This document shows positions 12,701 through 27,600 of a stretch of 64,000 nucleotides of DNA, one piece after another. The stretch covers positions 3,968,001 to 4,032,000 of the forward strand of contig OZ059897.1 in the NCBI GenBank assembly GCA_964057225.1. Reading direction: 5' to 3'. A program made the translations under genes and the position numbers. Each line of letters starts with the position of its first letter. Position 1 is the stretch's first letter. The notes under the pieces were generated by a model. It had not been told where the DNA came from. It made no database searches and saw nothing but the letters and a program-made list of their open reading frames with translations. This DNA comes from Auanema rhodensis (Eukaryota > Animalia > Nematoda).

Positions 12701-15194
12701 TTTTTTCGTTAAAAAACATTGTCCATCGTATTCGTCTTGAAAAAAGGAATCTAAAAACATCTACTTTTTGTGAAATTATTTAGAAATTTTTCGGGAAAAT
12801 TTTTGTCAAAATGTTTTTGGAAGCAATGTTGAGTGTACATGGGAACTCAACATACACTAATGCATTATTTTTCAAACGATCATAACTAATTTTTGTATAG
12901 AGCGTTTCTCATTGTAGTATAGTGCATTCGATGCGGATTTTTAAGCTGCGTTGATCTGTGTTATCAGATTTGCGCTAGCTTAAAAATGCACCGAGTAATC
13001 AACTGATATAGGTTCACACTTACATCCTCGATTTTCACCCTGAAGAATTAATTTTTTCGTTGAATAACATTGTCCATCGTCTTTGCCTTGAAAAAAGAAA
13101 TCTAAAAACATCTACTTTTTGTGAAATTATTTAGAAATTTTTCGGGAAAATTTTTGTCACAATGTTTTTGGAAGCAATGTTGAGTGTACATGGGAACTCA
13201 GCATACACTAATGCATTATTTTTCAAACGATCATAACTAATTTTCGTATAGAGCGTTTCTCAATGTAGTATAGTGCTGTCGATGCGGATTTTTAAGCTGC
13301 GTTGATCTGTGTTATCAGATTTGAGTTAGCTTAAAAATGCACCGAGATATCAACTGATATATGTTCACGCTTATATCCTCGATTTTCACCCTGAAGAAAT
13401 GATTTTTTCGTTGAATAACATTGTCCATCGTCTTCGTCTTGAAAAAAGGAATCTAAAAACATCTACTTTTTGTGAAATTATTTAGAAATTTTTCGGGAAA
13501 ATTTTTGTCAAAATGTTTTTGGAAGCAATGTTGAGTGTACATGGGAACTCAGCATACACTAATGCATTATTTTTCAAACGATCATAACTAATTTTTGTAT
13601 AGAGCGTTTCTCAATGTAGTATAGTGCATTCGATGCGGATTTTTAAGCTGCGTCGATCTGTGTTATCAGATTTGCGCTAGCTTGAAAATGCACCGAGATA
13701 TCAACTGATATAGGTTCACACTTATATCCTCGATTTTCACCCTGACGAATTAATTTTTTCTTTGAATAACATTGTCCATCGTCTTTGCCTTGAAAAAAGG
13801 AATCTAAAAACATCTACTTTTTGTGAAATTATTTAGAAATTTTTCGGGAAAATTTTTGTCACAATGTTTTTGGAAGCAATGTTGAGTGTACATGGGAACT
13901 CAGCATACACTAATGCATTATTTTTCAAACGATCATAACTAATTTTTGTATAGAGCGTTTCTCAATGTAGTATAGTGCATTCGATGCGGATTTTTAAGCT
14001 GCGTCGATCTGTGTTATCAGATTTGAGTTAGCTTAAAAATGCACCGAGATATCAACTGATATATGTTCACACTTATATCCTCGATTTTCACACTGAAGAA
14101 ATGATTTTTTCGTTAAAAAACATTGTCCATCGTATTCGTCTTGAAAAAAGAAATCTAAAAACATCTACTTTTTGTGAAATTATTTAGAAATTTTTCGGGA
14201 AAATTTTTGTCAAAATGTTTTTGGAAGCAATGTTGAGTGTACATGGGAACTCAACATACACTAATGCATTATTTTTCAAACGATCATAACTAATTTTTGT
14301 ATAGAGCGTTTCTCATTGTAGTATAATGCATTCGATGCGGATTTTTAAGCTGCGTTGATCTGTGTTATCAGATTTGCGCTAGCTTAAAAATGCACCGAGT
14401 AATCAACTGATATAGGTTCACACTTATATCCTCGATTTTCACCCTGAAGAATTAATTTTTTCGTTGAATAACATTGTCCATCGTCTTTGCCTTGAAAAAA
14501 GAAATCTAAAAACATCTACTTTTTGTGAAATTATTTAGAAATTTTTCGGGAAAATTTTTGTCACAATGTTTTTGGAAGCAATGTTGAGTGTACATGGGAA
14601 CTCAGCATACACTAATGCATTATTTTTCAAACGATCATAACTAATTTTCGTATAGAGCGTTTCTCAATGTAGTATAGTGCTGTCGATGCGGATTTTTAAG
14701 CTGCGTTGATCTGTGTTATCAGATTTGAGTTAGCTTAAAAATGCACCGAGATATCAACTGATATATGTTCACGCTTATATCCTCGATTTTCACCCTGAAG
14801 AAATGATTTTTTCGTTGAATAACATTGTCCATCGTCTTCGTCTTGAAAAAAGGAATCTAAAAACATCTACTTTTTGTGAAATTATTTAGAAATTTTTCGG
14901 GAAAATTTTTGTCAAAATGTTTTTGGAAGCAATGTTGAGTGTACATGGGAACTCAGCATACACTAATGCATTATTTTTCAAACGATCATAACTAATTTTT
15001 GTATAGAGCGTTTCTCAATGTAGTATAGTGCATTCGATGCGGATTTTTAAGCTGCGTTGATCTGTGTTATCAGATTTGAGTTAGCTTAAAAATGCACCGA
15101 GATATCAACTGATATATGTTCACGCTTATATCCTCGATTTTCACACTGAAGAAATGATTATTTCGTTGAATAACATTGTCCATCGTCTTCGTCT

Positions 15195-18100
15195 TGAAAA
15201 AAGGAATCTAAAAACATCTACTTTTTGTGAAATTATTTAGAAATTTTTCGGGAAAATTTTTGTCAAAATGTTTTTGGAAGCAATGTTGAGTGTACATGGG
15301 AACTCAACATACACTAATGCATTATTTTTCAAACGATCATAACTAATTTTTGTATAGAGCGTTTCTCAATGTAGTATAGTGCATTCGATGCGGATTTTTA
15401 AGCTGCGTTGATCTGTGTTATCAGATTTGCGCTAGCTTGAAAATGCACCGAGATATCAACTGATATAGGTTCACACTTATATCCTCGATTTTCACCCTGA
15501 AGAATTAATTTTTTCGTTGAATAACATTGTCCATCGTCTTTGCCTTGAAAAAAGGAATCTAAAAACATCTACTTTTTGTGAAATTATTTATAAATTTTTC
15601 GGGAAAATTTTTGTCAAAATGTTTTTGGAAGCAATGTTGAGTGTACATGGGAACTCAACATACACTAATGCATTATTTTTCAAACGATCATAACTAATTT
15701 TTGTATAGAGCGTTTCTCAATGTAGTATAGTGCATTCGATGCGGATTTTTAAGCTGCGTTGATCTGTGTTATCAGATTTGAGTTAGCTTAAAAATGCACC
15801 GAGATATCAACTGATATATGTTCACGCTTATATCCTCGATTTTCACCCTGAAGAAATGATTTTTTCGTTGAATAACATTGTCCATCGTCTTCGTCTTGAA
15901 AAAAGGAATCTAAAAACATCTACTTTTTGTGAAATTATTTAGAAATTTTTCGGGAAAATTTTTGTCAAAATGTTTTTGGAAGCAATGTTGAGTGTACATG
16001 GGAACTCAACATACACTAATGCATTATTTTTCAAACGATCATAACTAATTTTTGTATAGAGCGTTTCTCAATGTAGTATAGTGCATTCGATGCGGATTTT
16101 TAAGCTGCGTTGATCTGTGTTATCAGATTTGAGTTAGCTTAAAAATGCACCGAGATATCAACTGATATATGTTCACGCTTATATCCTCGATTTTCACCCT
16201 GAAGAAATGATTTTTTCGTTGAATAACATTGTCCATCGTCTTCGTCTTGAAAAAAGGAATCTAAAAACATCTACTTTTTGTGAAATTATTTAGAAATTTT
16301 TCGGGAAAATTTTTGTCAAAATGTTTTTGGAAGCAATGTTGAGTGTACATGGGAACTCAACATACACTAATGCATTATTTTTCAAACGATCATAACTAAT
16401 TTTTGTATTAAGCGTTTATCAATGTAGTATAGTGCATTCGATGCGGATTTTTAAGCTGCGTCGATCTGTGTTATCAGATTTGCGCTAGCTTGAAAATGCA
16501 CCGAGATATCAACTGATATAGGTTCACACTTATATCCTCGATTTTCACCCTGAAGAATTAATTTTTTCGTTGAATAACATTGTCCATCGTCTTTGCCTTG
16601 AAAAAAGGAATCTAAAAACATCTACTTTTTGTGAAATTATTCAGAAATTTTTCGGGAAAATTTTTGTCACAATGTTTTTGGAAGCAATGTTGAGTGTACA
16701 TGGGAACTCAGCATACACTAATGCATTATTTTTCAAACGATCATAACTAATTTTTGTATAGAGCGTTTCTCAATGTAGTATAGTGCATTCGATGCGGATT
16801 TTTAAGCTGCGTTGATCTGTGTTATCAGATTTGCGCTAGCTTAAAAATGCACCGAGTAATCAACTGATATAGGTTCACACTTATATCCTCGATTTTTACC
16901 CTGAAGAATTAATTTTTTCGTTGAATAACATTGTCCATCGTCTTTGCCTTGAAAAAAGAAATCTAAAAACATCTACTTTTTGTGAAATTATTCAGAAATT
17001 TTTCGGGAAAATTTTTGTCACAATGTTTTTGGAAGCAATGTTAAGTGTACATGGGAACTCAACACACACTAATGCAATTTTTTTTCAAACGATCATAACT
17101 AATTTTTGTATAGAGCGTTTCTCAATGTAGTATAGTGCATTCGATGCGGATTTTTAAGCTGCGTCGATCTGTGTTATCCGATTTGAGTTAGCTTAAAAAT
17201 GCACCGAGATATCAACTGATATAGGTTCACACTTATATCCTCGATTTTCACCCTGAAGAATTAATTTTTTCGTTGAAAAACATTGTCCATCGTATTCGTC
17301 TTGAAAAAAAAAATCTAAAAACATCTACTTTTTGTGAAATTATTTAGAAATTTTTCGGGAAAATTTCTGTCAAAATGTTTTTGGAAGCAATGTTGAGTGT
17401 ACATGGGAACTCAACATACACTAATGCATTATTTTTCAAACGATCATAACTAATTTTTGTATAGAGCGTTTCTCAATGTAGTATAGTGCATTCGATGCGG
17501 ATTTTTAAGCTGCGTTGATCTGTGTTATCAGATTTGCGCTAGCTTGAAAATGCACCGAGATATCAACTGATATAGGTTCACACTTATATCCTCGATTTTC
17601 ACCCTGAAGAATTAATTTTTTCGTTGAATAACATTGTCCATCGTCTTTGCCTTGAAAAAAGGAATCTAAAAACATCTACTTTTTGTGAAATTATTTAGAA
17701 ATTTTTCGGGAAAATTTTTGTCAAAATGTTTTTGGAAGCAATGTTGAGTGTACATGGGAACTCAACATACACTAATGCATTATTTTTCAAACGATCATAA
17801 CTAATTTTTGTATAGAGCGTTTCTCAATGTAGTATAGTGCATTCGATGCGGATTTTTAAGCTGCGTTGATCTGTGTTATCAGATTTGCGCTAGCTTGAAA
17901 ATGCACCGAGATATCAACTGATATAGGTTCACACTTATATCCTCGATTTTCACCCTGAAGAATTAATTTTTTCGTTGAATAACATTGTCCATCGTCTTTG
18001 CCTTGAAAAAAGGAATCTAAAAACATCTACTTTTTGTGAAATTATTTATAAATTTTTCGGGAAAATTTTTGTCAAAATGTTTTTGGAAGCAATGTTGAGT

Positions 18101-19960
18101 GTACATGGGAACTCAACATACACTAATGCATTATTTTTCAAACGATCATAACTAATTTTTGTATAGAGCGTTTCTCAATGTAGTATAGTGCATTCGATGC
18201 GGATTTTTAAGCTGCGTTGATCTGTGTTATCAGATTTGAGTTAGCTTAAAAATGCACCGAGATATCAACTGATATATGTTCACGCTTATATCCTCGATTT
18301 TCACCCTGAAGAAATGATTTTTTCGTTGAATAACATTGTCCATCGTCTTCGTCTTGAAAAAAGGAATCTAAAAACATCTACTTTTTGTGAAATTATTTAG
18401 AAATTTTTCGGGAAAATTTTTGTCAAAATGTTTTTGGAAGCAATGTTGAGTGTACATGGGAACTCAACATACACTAATGCATTATTTTTCAAACGATCAT
18501 AACTAATTTTTGTATAGAGCGTTTCTCAATGTAGTATAGTGCATTCGATGCGGATTTTTAAGCTGCGTTGATCTGTGTTATCAGATTTGAGTTAGCTTAA
18601 AAATGCACCGAGATATCAACTGATATATGTTCACGCTTATATCCTCGATTTTCACCCTGAAGAAATGATTTTTTCGTTGAATAACATTGTCCATCGTCTT
18701 CGTCTTGAAAAAAGGAATCTAAAAACATCTACTTTTTGTGAAATTATTTAGAAATTTTTCGGGAAAATTTTTGTCAAAATGTTTTTGGAAGCAATGTTGA
18801 GTGTACATGGGAACTCAACATACACTAATGCATTATTTTTCAAACGATCATAACTAATTTTTGTATTAAGCGTTTATCAATGTAGTATAGTGCATTCGAT
18901 GCGGATTTTTAAGCTGCGTCGATCTGTGTTATCAGATTTGCGCTAGCTTGAAAATGCACCGAGATATCAACTGATATAGGTTCACACTTATATCCTCGAT
19001 TTTCACCCTGAAGAATTAATTTTTTCGTTGAATAACATTGTCCATCGTCTTTGCCTTGAAAAAAGGAATCTAAAAACATCTACTTTTTGTGAAATTATTC
19101 AGAAATTTTTCGGGAAAATTTTTGTCACAATGTTTTTGGAAGCAATGTTGAGTGTACATGGGAACTCAGCATACACTAATGCATTATTTTTCAAACGATC
19201 ATAACTAATTTTTGTATAGAGCGTTTCTCAATGTAGTATAGTGCATTCGATGCGGATTTTTAAGCTGCGTTGATCTGTGTTATCAGATTTGCGCTAGCTT
19301 AAAAATGCACCGAGTAATCAACTGATATAGGTTCACACTTATATCCTCGATTTTTACCCTGAAGAATTAATTTTTTCGTTGAATAACATTGTCCATCGTC
19401 TTTGCCTTGAAAAAAGAAATCTAAAAACATCTACTTTTTGTGAAATTATTCAGAAATTTTTCGGGAAAATTTTTGTCACAATGTTTTTGGAAGCAATGTT
19501 AAGTGTACATGGGAACTCAACACACACTAATGCAATTTTTTTTCAAACGATCATAACTAATTTTTGTATAGAGCGTTTCTCAATGTAGTATAGTGCATTC
19601 GATGCGGATTTTTAAGCTGCGTCGATCTGTGTTATCCGATTTGAGTTAGCTTAAAAATGCACCGAGATATCAACTGATATAGGTTCACACTTATATCCTC
19701 GATTTTCACCCTGAAGAATTAATTTTTTTCGTTGAAAAACATTGTCCATCGTATTCGTCTTGAAAAAAAAAATCTAAAAACATCTACTTTTTGTGAAATT
19801 ATTTAGAAATTTTTCGGGAAAATTTTTGTCAAAATGTTTTTGGAAGCAATGTTGAGTGTACATGGGAACTCAACATACACTAATGCATTATTTTTCAAAC
19901 GATCATAACTAATTTTTGTATAGAGCGTTTCTCAATGTAGTATAGTGCATTCGATGCGGA
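15195..19960 (+). repeat. 7-monomer (2458 bp) tandem duplication
   Basis: TTTATAAA variant at 15591 and 18049, shared TATTAAGCGTTTATC and TTTTTACCC variants, and variant ORFs at 16921 and 19379, all 2458 bp apart. Confidence 0.85.
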
Positions 19961-21089
19961 TTTGTAAGCTGCGTTGATCTGTGTTATCAGATTTGAGTTA
20001 ACTTAAAAATGCACCGAGATATCAACTGATATATGTTCACACTTATATCCTCGATTTTCACCCTGAAGAAATGATTTTTTTGTTCAAAAACATTGTCCAT
20101 CGTATTGGTCTTGAAAAAAGGAATCTAAAAACATCTACTTTTTGTGAAATTATTTAGAAATTTTTCGGGAAAATTTTTGTCAAAATGTTTTTGGAAGCAA
20201 TGTTGAGTGTACATGGGAACTCAACATACACTAATGCATTATTTTTCAAACGATCATAACTAATTTTTGTATAGAGCGTTTCTCAATGTAGTATAGTGCA
20301 TTCGATGCGGATTTTTAAGCTGCGTTGATCTGTGTTATCAGATTTGCGCTAGCTTAAAAATGCACCGAGTAATCAACTGATATAGGTTCACACTTATATC
20401 CTCGATTTTCACCCTGAAGAATTAATTTTTTCGTTGAATAACATTGTCCATCGTCTTTGCCTTGAAAAAAGAAATCTAAAAACATCTACTTTTTGTGAAA
20501 TTATTCAGAAATTTTTCGGGAAAATTTTTGTCAAATTGTTTTTGGAAGCAATGTTGAGTGTACATGGGAACTCAGCATACACTAATGCATTATTTTTCAA
20601 ACGATCATAACTAATTTTTGTATAGAGCGTTTCGCAATGTAGTATAGTGCATTCGATGCGGATTTTTAAGCTGCGTTGATCTGTGTTATCAGATTTGAGT
20701 TAACTTAAAAATGCACCGAGATATCAACTGATATATGTTCACACTTATATCCTCGATTTTCACCCTGAAGAAATGATTTTTTCGTTAAAAAACATTGTCC
20801 ATCGTATTCGTCTTGAAAAAAGGAATCTAAAAACATCTACTTTTTGTGAAATTATTTAGAAATTTTTCGGGAAAATTTTTGTCACAATGTTTTTGGAAGC
20901 AATGTTAAGTGTACATGGGAACTCAACACACACTAATGCAATTTTTTTTCAAACGATCATAACTAATTTTTGTATAGAGCGTTTCTCAATGTAGTATAGT
21001 GCATTCGATGCGGATTTTTAAGCTGCGTCGATCTGTGTTATCCGATTTGAGTTAGCTTAAAAATGCACCGAGATATCAACTGATATAGG

Positions 21090-24000
21090 TTCACACTTAT
21101 ATCCTCGATTTTCACCCTGAAGAATTAATTTTTTCGTTGAAAAACATTGTCCATCGTATTCGTCTTGAAAAAAAAAATCTAAAAACATCTACTTTTTGTG
21201 AAATTATTTAGAAATTTTTCGGGAAAATTTTTGTCAAAATGTTTTTGGAAGCAATGTTGAGTGTACATGGGAACTCAGCATACACTAATGCATTATTTTT
21301 CAAACGATCATAACTAATTTTCGTATAGAGCGTTTATCAATGTAGTATAGTGCATTCGATGCGGATTTTTAAGCTGCGTCGATCTGTGTTATCAGATTTG
21401 CGCTAGCTTGAAAATGCACCGAGATATCAACTGATATAGGTTCACACTTATATCCTCGATTTTTACCCTGAAGAATTAATTTTTTCGTTGAATAACATTG
21501 TCCATCGTCTTTGCCTTGAGAAAAGGAATCTAAAAACATCTACTTTTTGTGAAATTATTCAGAAATTTTTCGGGAAAATTTTTGTCACAATGTTTTTGGA
21601 AGCAATGTTAAGTGTACATGGGAACTCAACACACACTAATGCAATTTTTTTTCAAACGATCATAACTAATTTTTGTATAGAGCGTTTCTCAATGTAGTAT
21701 AGTGCATTCGATGCGGATTTTTAAGCTGCGTCGATCTGTGTTATCCGATTTGAGTTAGCTTAAAAATGCACCGAGATATCAACTGATATAGGTTCACACT
21801 TATATCCTCGATTTTCACCCTGAAGAATTAATTTTTTCGTTGAAAAACATTGTCCATCGTATTCGTCTTGAAAAAAAAAATCTAAAAACATCTACTTTTT
21901 GTGAAATTATTTAGAAATTTTTCGGGAAAATTTTTGTCAAAATGTTTTTGGAAGCAATGTTGAGTGTACATGGGAACTCAACATACACTAATGCATTATT
22001 TTTCAAACGATCATAACTAATTTTTGTATAGAGCGTTTCTCAATGTAGTATAGTGCATTCGATGCGGATTTGTAAGCTGCGTTGATCTGTGTTATCAGAT
22101 TTGAGTTAACTTAAAAATGCACCGAGATATCAACTGATATATGTTCACACTTATATCCTCGATTTTCACCCTGAAGAAATGATTTTTTTGTTGAAAAACA
22201 TTGTCCATCGTATTGGTCTTGAAAAAAAGAATCTAAAAACATCTACTTTTTGTGAAATTATTTAGAAATTTTTCGGGAAAATTTTTGTCAAAATGTTTTT
22301 GGAAGCAATGTTGAGTGTACATGGGAACTCAACATACACTAATGCATTATTTTTCAAACGATCATAACTTATTTTTGTATAGAGCGTTTCTCAATGTAGT
22401 ATGGTGCATTCGATGCGGATTTTTAAGCTGCGTTGATCTGTGTTATCCGATTTGAGCTAGCTTAAAAATGTACCGAGATATCAACTGATATATGTTCACA
22501 CTTATATCCTCGATTTTCACCCTGAAGAATTAATTTTTTCGTTGAATAACATTGTCCATCGTCTTTGCCTTGAAAAAAGAAATCTAAAAACATCTACTTT
22601 TTGTGAAATTATTCAGAAATTTTTCGGGAAAATTTTTGTCAAATTGTTTTTGGAAGCAATGTTGAGTGTACATGGGAACTCAGCATACACTAATGCATTA
22701 TTTTTCAAACGATCATAACTAATTTTTGTATAGAGCGTTTCTCAATGTAGTATAGTGCATTCGATGCGGATTTTTAAGCTGCGTTGATCTGTGTTATCAG
22801 ATTTGAGTTAACTTAAAAATGCACCGAGATATCAACTGATATATGTTCACACTTATATCCTCGATTTTCACCCTGAAGAATTAATTTTTTCGTTGAAAAA
22901 CATTGTCCATCGTATTCGTCTTGAAAAAAAAAATCTAAAAACATCTACTTTTTGTGAAATTATTTAGAAATTTTTCGGGAAAATTTTTGTCAAAATGTTT
23001 TTGGAAGCAATGTTGAGTGTACATGGGAACTCAGCATACACTAATGCATTATTTTTCAAACGATCATAACTAATTTTCGTATAGAGCGTTTATCAATGTA
23101 GTATAGTGCATTCGATGCGGATTTTTAAGCTGCGTCGATCTGTGTTATCAGATTTGCGCTAGCTTGAAAATGCACCGAGATATCAACTGATATAGGTTCA
23201 CACTTATATCCTCGATTTTTACCCTGAAGAATTAATTTTTTCGTTGAATAACATTGTCCATCGTCTTTGCCTTGAGAAAAGGAATCTAAAAACATCTACT
23301 TTTTGTGAAATTATTCAGAAATTTTTCGGGAAAATTTTTGTCACAATGTTTTTGGAAGCAATGTTAAGTGTACATGGGAACTCAACACACACTAATGCAA
23401 TTTTTTTTCAAACGATCATAACTAATTTTTGTATAGAGCGTTTCTCAATGTAGTATAGTGCATTCGATGCGGATTTTTAAGCTGCGTCGATCTGTGTTAT
23501 CCGATTTGAGTTAGCTTAAAAATGCACCGAGATATCAACTGATATAGGTTCACACTTATATCCTCGATTTTCACCCTGAAGAATTAATTTTTTCGTTGAA
23601 AAACATTGTCCATCGTATTCGTCTTGAAAAAAAAAATCTAAAAACATCTACTTTTTGTGAAATTATTTAGAAATTTTTCGGGAAAATTTTTGTCAAAATG
23701 TTTTTGGAAGCAATGTTGAGTGTACATGGGAACTCAACATACACTAATGCATTATTTTTCAAACGATCATAACTAATTTTTGTATAGAGCGTTTCTCAAT
23801 GTAGTATAGTGCATTCGATGCGGATTTGTAAGCTGCGTTGATCTGTGTTATCAGATTTGAGTTAACTTAAAAATGCACCGAGATATCAACTGATATATGT
23901 TCACACTTATATCCTCGATTTTCACCCTGAAGAAATGATTTTTTTGTTGAAAAACATTGTCCATCGTATTGGTCTTGAAAAAAAGAATCTAAAAACATCT

Positions 24001-24636
24001 ACTTTTTGTGAAATTATTTAGAAATTTTTCGGGAAAATTTTTGTCAAAATGTTTTTGGAAGCAATGTTGAGTGTACATGGGAACTCAACATACACTAATG
24101 CATTATTTTTCAAACGATCATAACTTATTTTTGTATAGAGCGTTTCTCAATGTAGTATGGTGCATTCGATGCGGATTTTTAAGCTGCGTTGATCTGTGTT
24201 ATCCGATTTGAGCTAGCTTAAAAATGTACCGAGATATCAACTGATATATGTTCACACTTATATCCTCGATTTTCACCCTGAAGAATTAATTTTTTCGTTG
24301 AATAACATTGTCCATCGTCTTTGCCTTGAAAAAAGAAATCTAAAAACATCTACTTTTTGTGAAATTATTCAGAAATTTTTCGGGAAAATTTTTGTCAAAT
24401 TGTTTTTGGAAGCAATGTTGAGTGTACATGGGAACTCAGCATACACTAATGCATTATTTTTCAAACGATCATAACTAATTTTTGTATAGAGCGTTTCTCA
24501 ATGTAGTATAGTGCATTCGATGCGGATTTTTAAGCTGCGTTGATCTGTGTTATCAGATTTGAGTTAACTTAAAAATGCACCGAGATATCAACTGATATAT
24601 GTTCACACTTATATCCTCGATTTTCACCCTGAAGAA
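21090..24636 (+). repeat. 5-monomer (1756 bp) tandem duplication
   Basis: Private variants CTTGAGAAAAGG, ATAACTTATT, GTATGGTGC, GAGCTAGC and ATGTACCGAG (22471 and 24227) each occur twice, 1756 bp apart. ORFs at 21488 and 23244 have the same offset. Confidence 0.9.
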
Positions 24637-27600
24637 ATGATTTTTTCGTTAAAAAACATTGTCCATCGTATTCGTCTTGAAAAAAGGAATCTAAAAACAT
24701 CTACTTTTTGTGAAATTATTTAGAAATTTTTCGGGAAAATTTTTGTCACAATGTTTTTGGAAGCAATGTTAAGTGTACATGGGAACTCAACACACACTAA
24801 TGCAATTTTTTTTCAAACGATCATAACTAATTTTTGTATAGAGCGTTTCTCAATGTAGTATAGTGCATTCGATGCGGATTTTTAAGCTGCGTCGATCTGT
24901 GTTATCCGATTTGAGTTAGCTTAAAAATGCACCGAGATATCAACTGATATAGGTTCACACTTATATCCTCGATTTTCACCCTGAAGAATTAATTTTTTCG
25001 TTGAAAAACATTGTCCATCGTATTCGTCTTGAAAAAAAAAATCTAAAAACATCTACTTTTTGTGAAATTATTTAGAAATTTTTCGGGAAAATTTTTGTCA
25101 AAATGTTTTTGGAAGCAATGTTGAGTGTACATGGGAACTCAACATACACTAATGCATTATTTTTCAAACGATCATAACTAATTTTTGTATAGAGCGTTTC
25201 TCAATGTAGTATAGTGCATTCGATGCGGATTTTTAAGCTGCGTTGATCTGTGTTATCAGATTTGAGTTAACTTAAAAATGCACCGAGATATCAACTGATA
25301 TATGTTCACACTTATATCCTCGATTTTCACCCTGAAGAAATGATTTTTTTGTTGAAAAACATTGTCCATCGTATTGGTCTTGAAAAAAGGAATCTAAAAA
25401 CATCTACTTTTTGTGAAATTATTTAGAAATTTTTCGGGAAAATTTTTGTCAAAATGTTTTTGGAAGCAATGTTGAGTGTACATGGGAACTCAGCATACAC
25501 TAATGCATTATTTTTCAAACGATCATAACTAATTTTTGTATAGAGCGTTTCTCAATGTAGTATAGTGCATTCGATGCGGATTTTTAAGCTGCGTCGATCT
25601 GTGTTATCAGATTTGCGCTAGCTTGAAAATGCACCGAGATATCAACTGATATAGGTTCACACTTATATCCTCGATTTTCACCCTGACGAATTAATTTTTT
25701 CGTTGAATAACATTGTCCATCGTCTTTGCCTTGAAAAAAGAAATCTAAAAACATCTACTTTTTGTGAAATTATTCAGAAATTTTTCGGGAAAATTTTTGT
25801 CAAAATGTTTTTGGAAGCAATGTTGAGTGTACATGGGAACTCAGCATACACTAATGCATTATTTTTCAAACGATCATAACTAATTTTTGTATAGAGCGTT
25901 TCTCAATGTAGTATAGTGCATTCGATGCGGATTTTTAAGCTGCGTTGATCTGTGTTATCAGATTTGAGTTAACTTAAAAATGCACCGAGATATCAACTGA
26001 TATATGTTCACACTTATATCCTCGATTTTCACCCTGAAGAAATGATTTTTTCGTTAAAAAACATTGTCCATCGTATTCGTCTTGAAAAAAGGAATCTAAA
26101 AACATCTACTTTTTGTGAAATTATTTAGAAATTTTTCGGGAAAATTTTTGTCAAAATGTTTTTGGAAGCAATGTTGAGTGTACATGGGAACTCAACATAC
26201 ACTAATGCATTATTTTTCAAACGATCATAACTAATTTTTGTATAGAGCGTTTCTCATTGTAGTATAGTGCATTCGATGCGGATTTTTAAGCTGCGTTGAT
26301 CTGTGTTATCAGATTTGCGCTAGCTTAAAAATGCACCGAGTAATCAACTGATATAGGTTCACACTTATATCCTCGATTTTCACCCTGAAGAATTAATTTT
26401 TTCGTTGAATAACATTGTCCATCGTCTTTGCCTTGAAAAAAGAAATCTAAAAACATCTACTTTTTGTGAAATTATTTAGAAATTTTTCGGGAAAATTTTT
26501 GTCACAATGTTTTTGGAAGCAATGTTGAGTGTACATGGGAACTCAGCATACACTAATGCATTATTTTTCAAACGATCATAACTAATTTTTGTATAGAGCG
26601 TTTCTCAATGTAGTATAGTGCTGTCGATGCGGATTTTTAAGCTGCGTTGATCTGTGTTATCAGATTTGAGTTAGCTTAAAAATGCACCGAGATATCAACT
26701 GATATATGTTCACGCTTATATCCTCGATTTTCACCCTGAAGAAATGATTTTTTCGTTGAATAACATTGTCCATCGTCTTCGTCTTGAAAAAAGGAAACTA
26801 AAAACATCTACTTTTTGTGAAATTATTTAGAAATTTTTCGGGAAAATTTTTGTCAAAATGTTTTTGGAAGCAATGTTGAGTGTACATGGGAACTCAACAT
26901 ACACTAATGCATTATTTTTCAAACGATCATAACTAATTTTTGTATTAAGCGTTTATTAATGTAGTATAGTGCATTCGATGCGGATTTTTAAGCTGCGTCG
27001 ATCTGTGTTATCAGATTTGCGCTAGCTTGAAAATGCACCGAGATATCAACTGATATAGGTTCACACTTATATCCTCGATTTTCACCCTGACGAATTAATT
27101 TTTTCGTTGAATAACATTGTCCATCGTCTTTGCCTTGAAAAAAGGAATCTAAAAACATCTACTTTTTGTGAAATTATTTAGAAATTTTTCGAGAAAATTT
27201 TTGTCACAATGTTTTTGGAAGCAATGTTGAGTGTACATGGGAACTCAGCATACACTAATGCATTATTTTTCAAACGATCATAACTAATTTTCGTATAGAG
27301 CGTTTCTCAATGTAGTATAGTGCTGTCGATGCGGATTTTTAAGCTGCGTCGATCTGTGTTATCAGATTTGAGTTAGCTTAAAAATGCACCGAGATATCAA
27401 CTGATATAGGTTCACACTTATATCCTCGATTTTCACCCTGAAGAATTAATTTTTTCGTTGAATAACATTGTCCATCGTCTTTGCCTTGAAAAAAGGAATC
27501 TAAAAACATCTACTTTTTGTGAAATTATCTAGAAATTTTTCGGGAAAATTTTTGTCACAATGTTTTTGGAAGCAATGTTGAGTGTACATGGGAACTCAGC

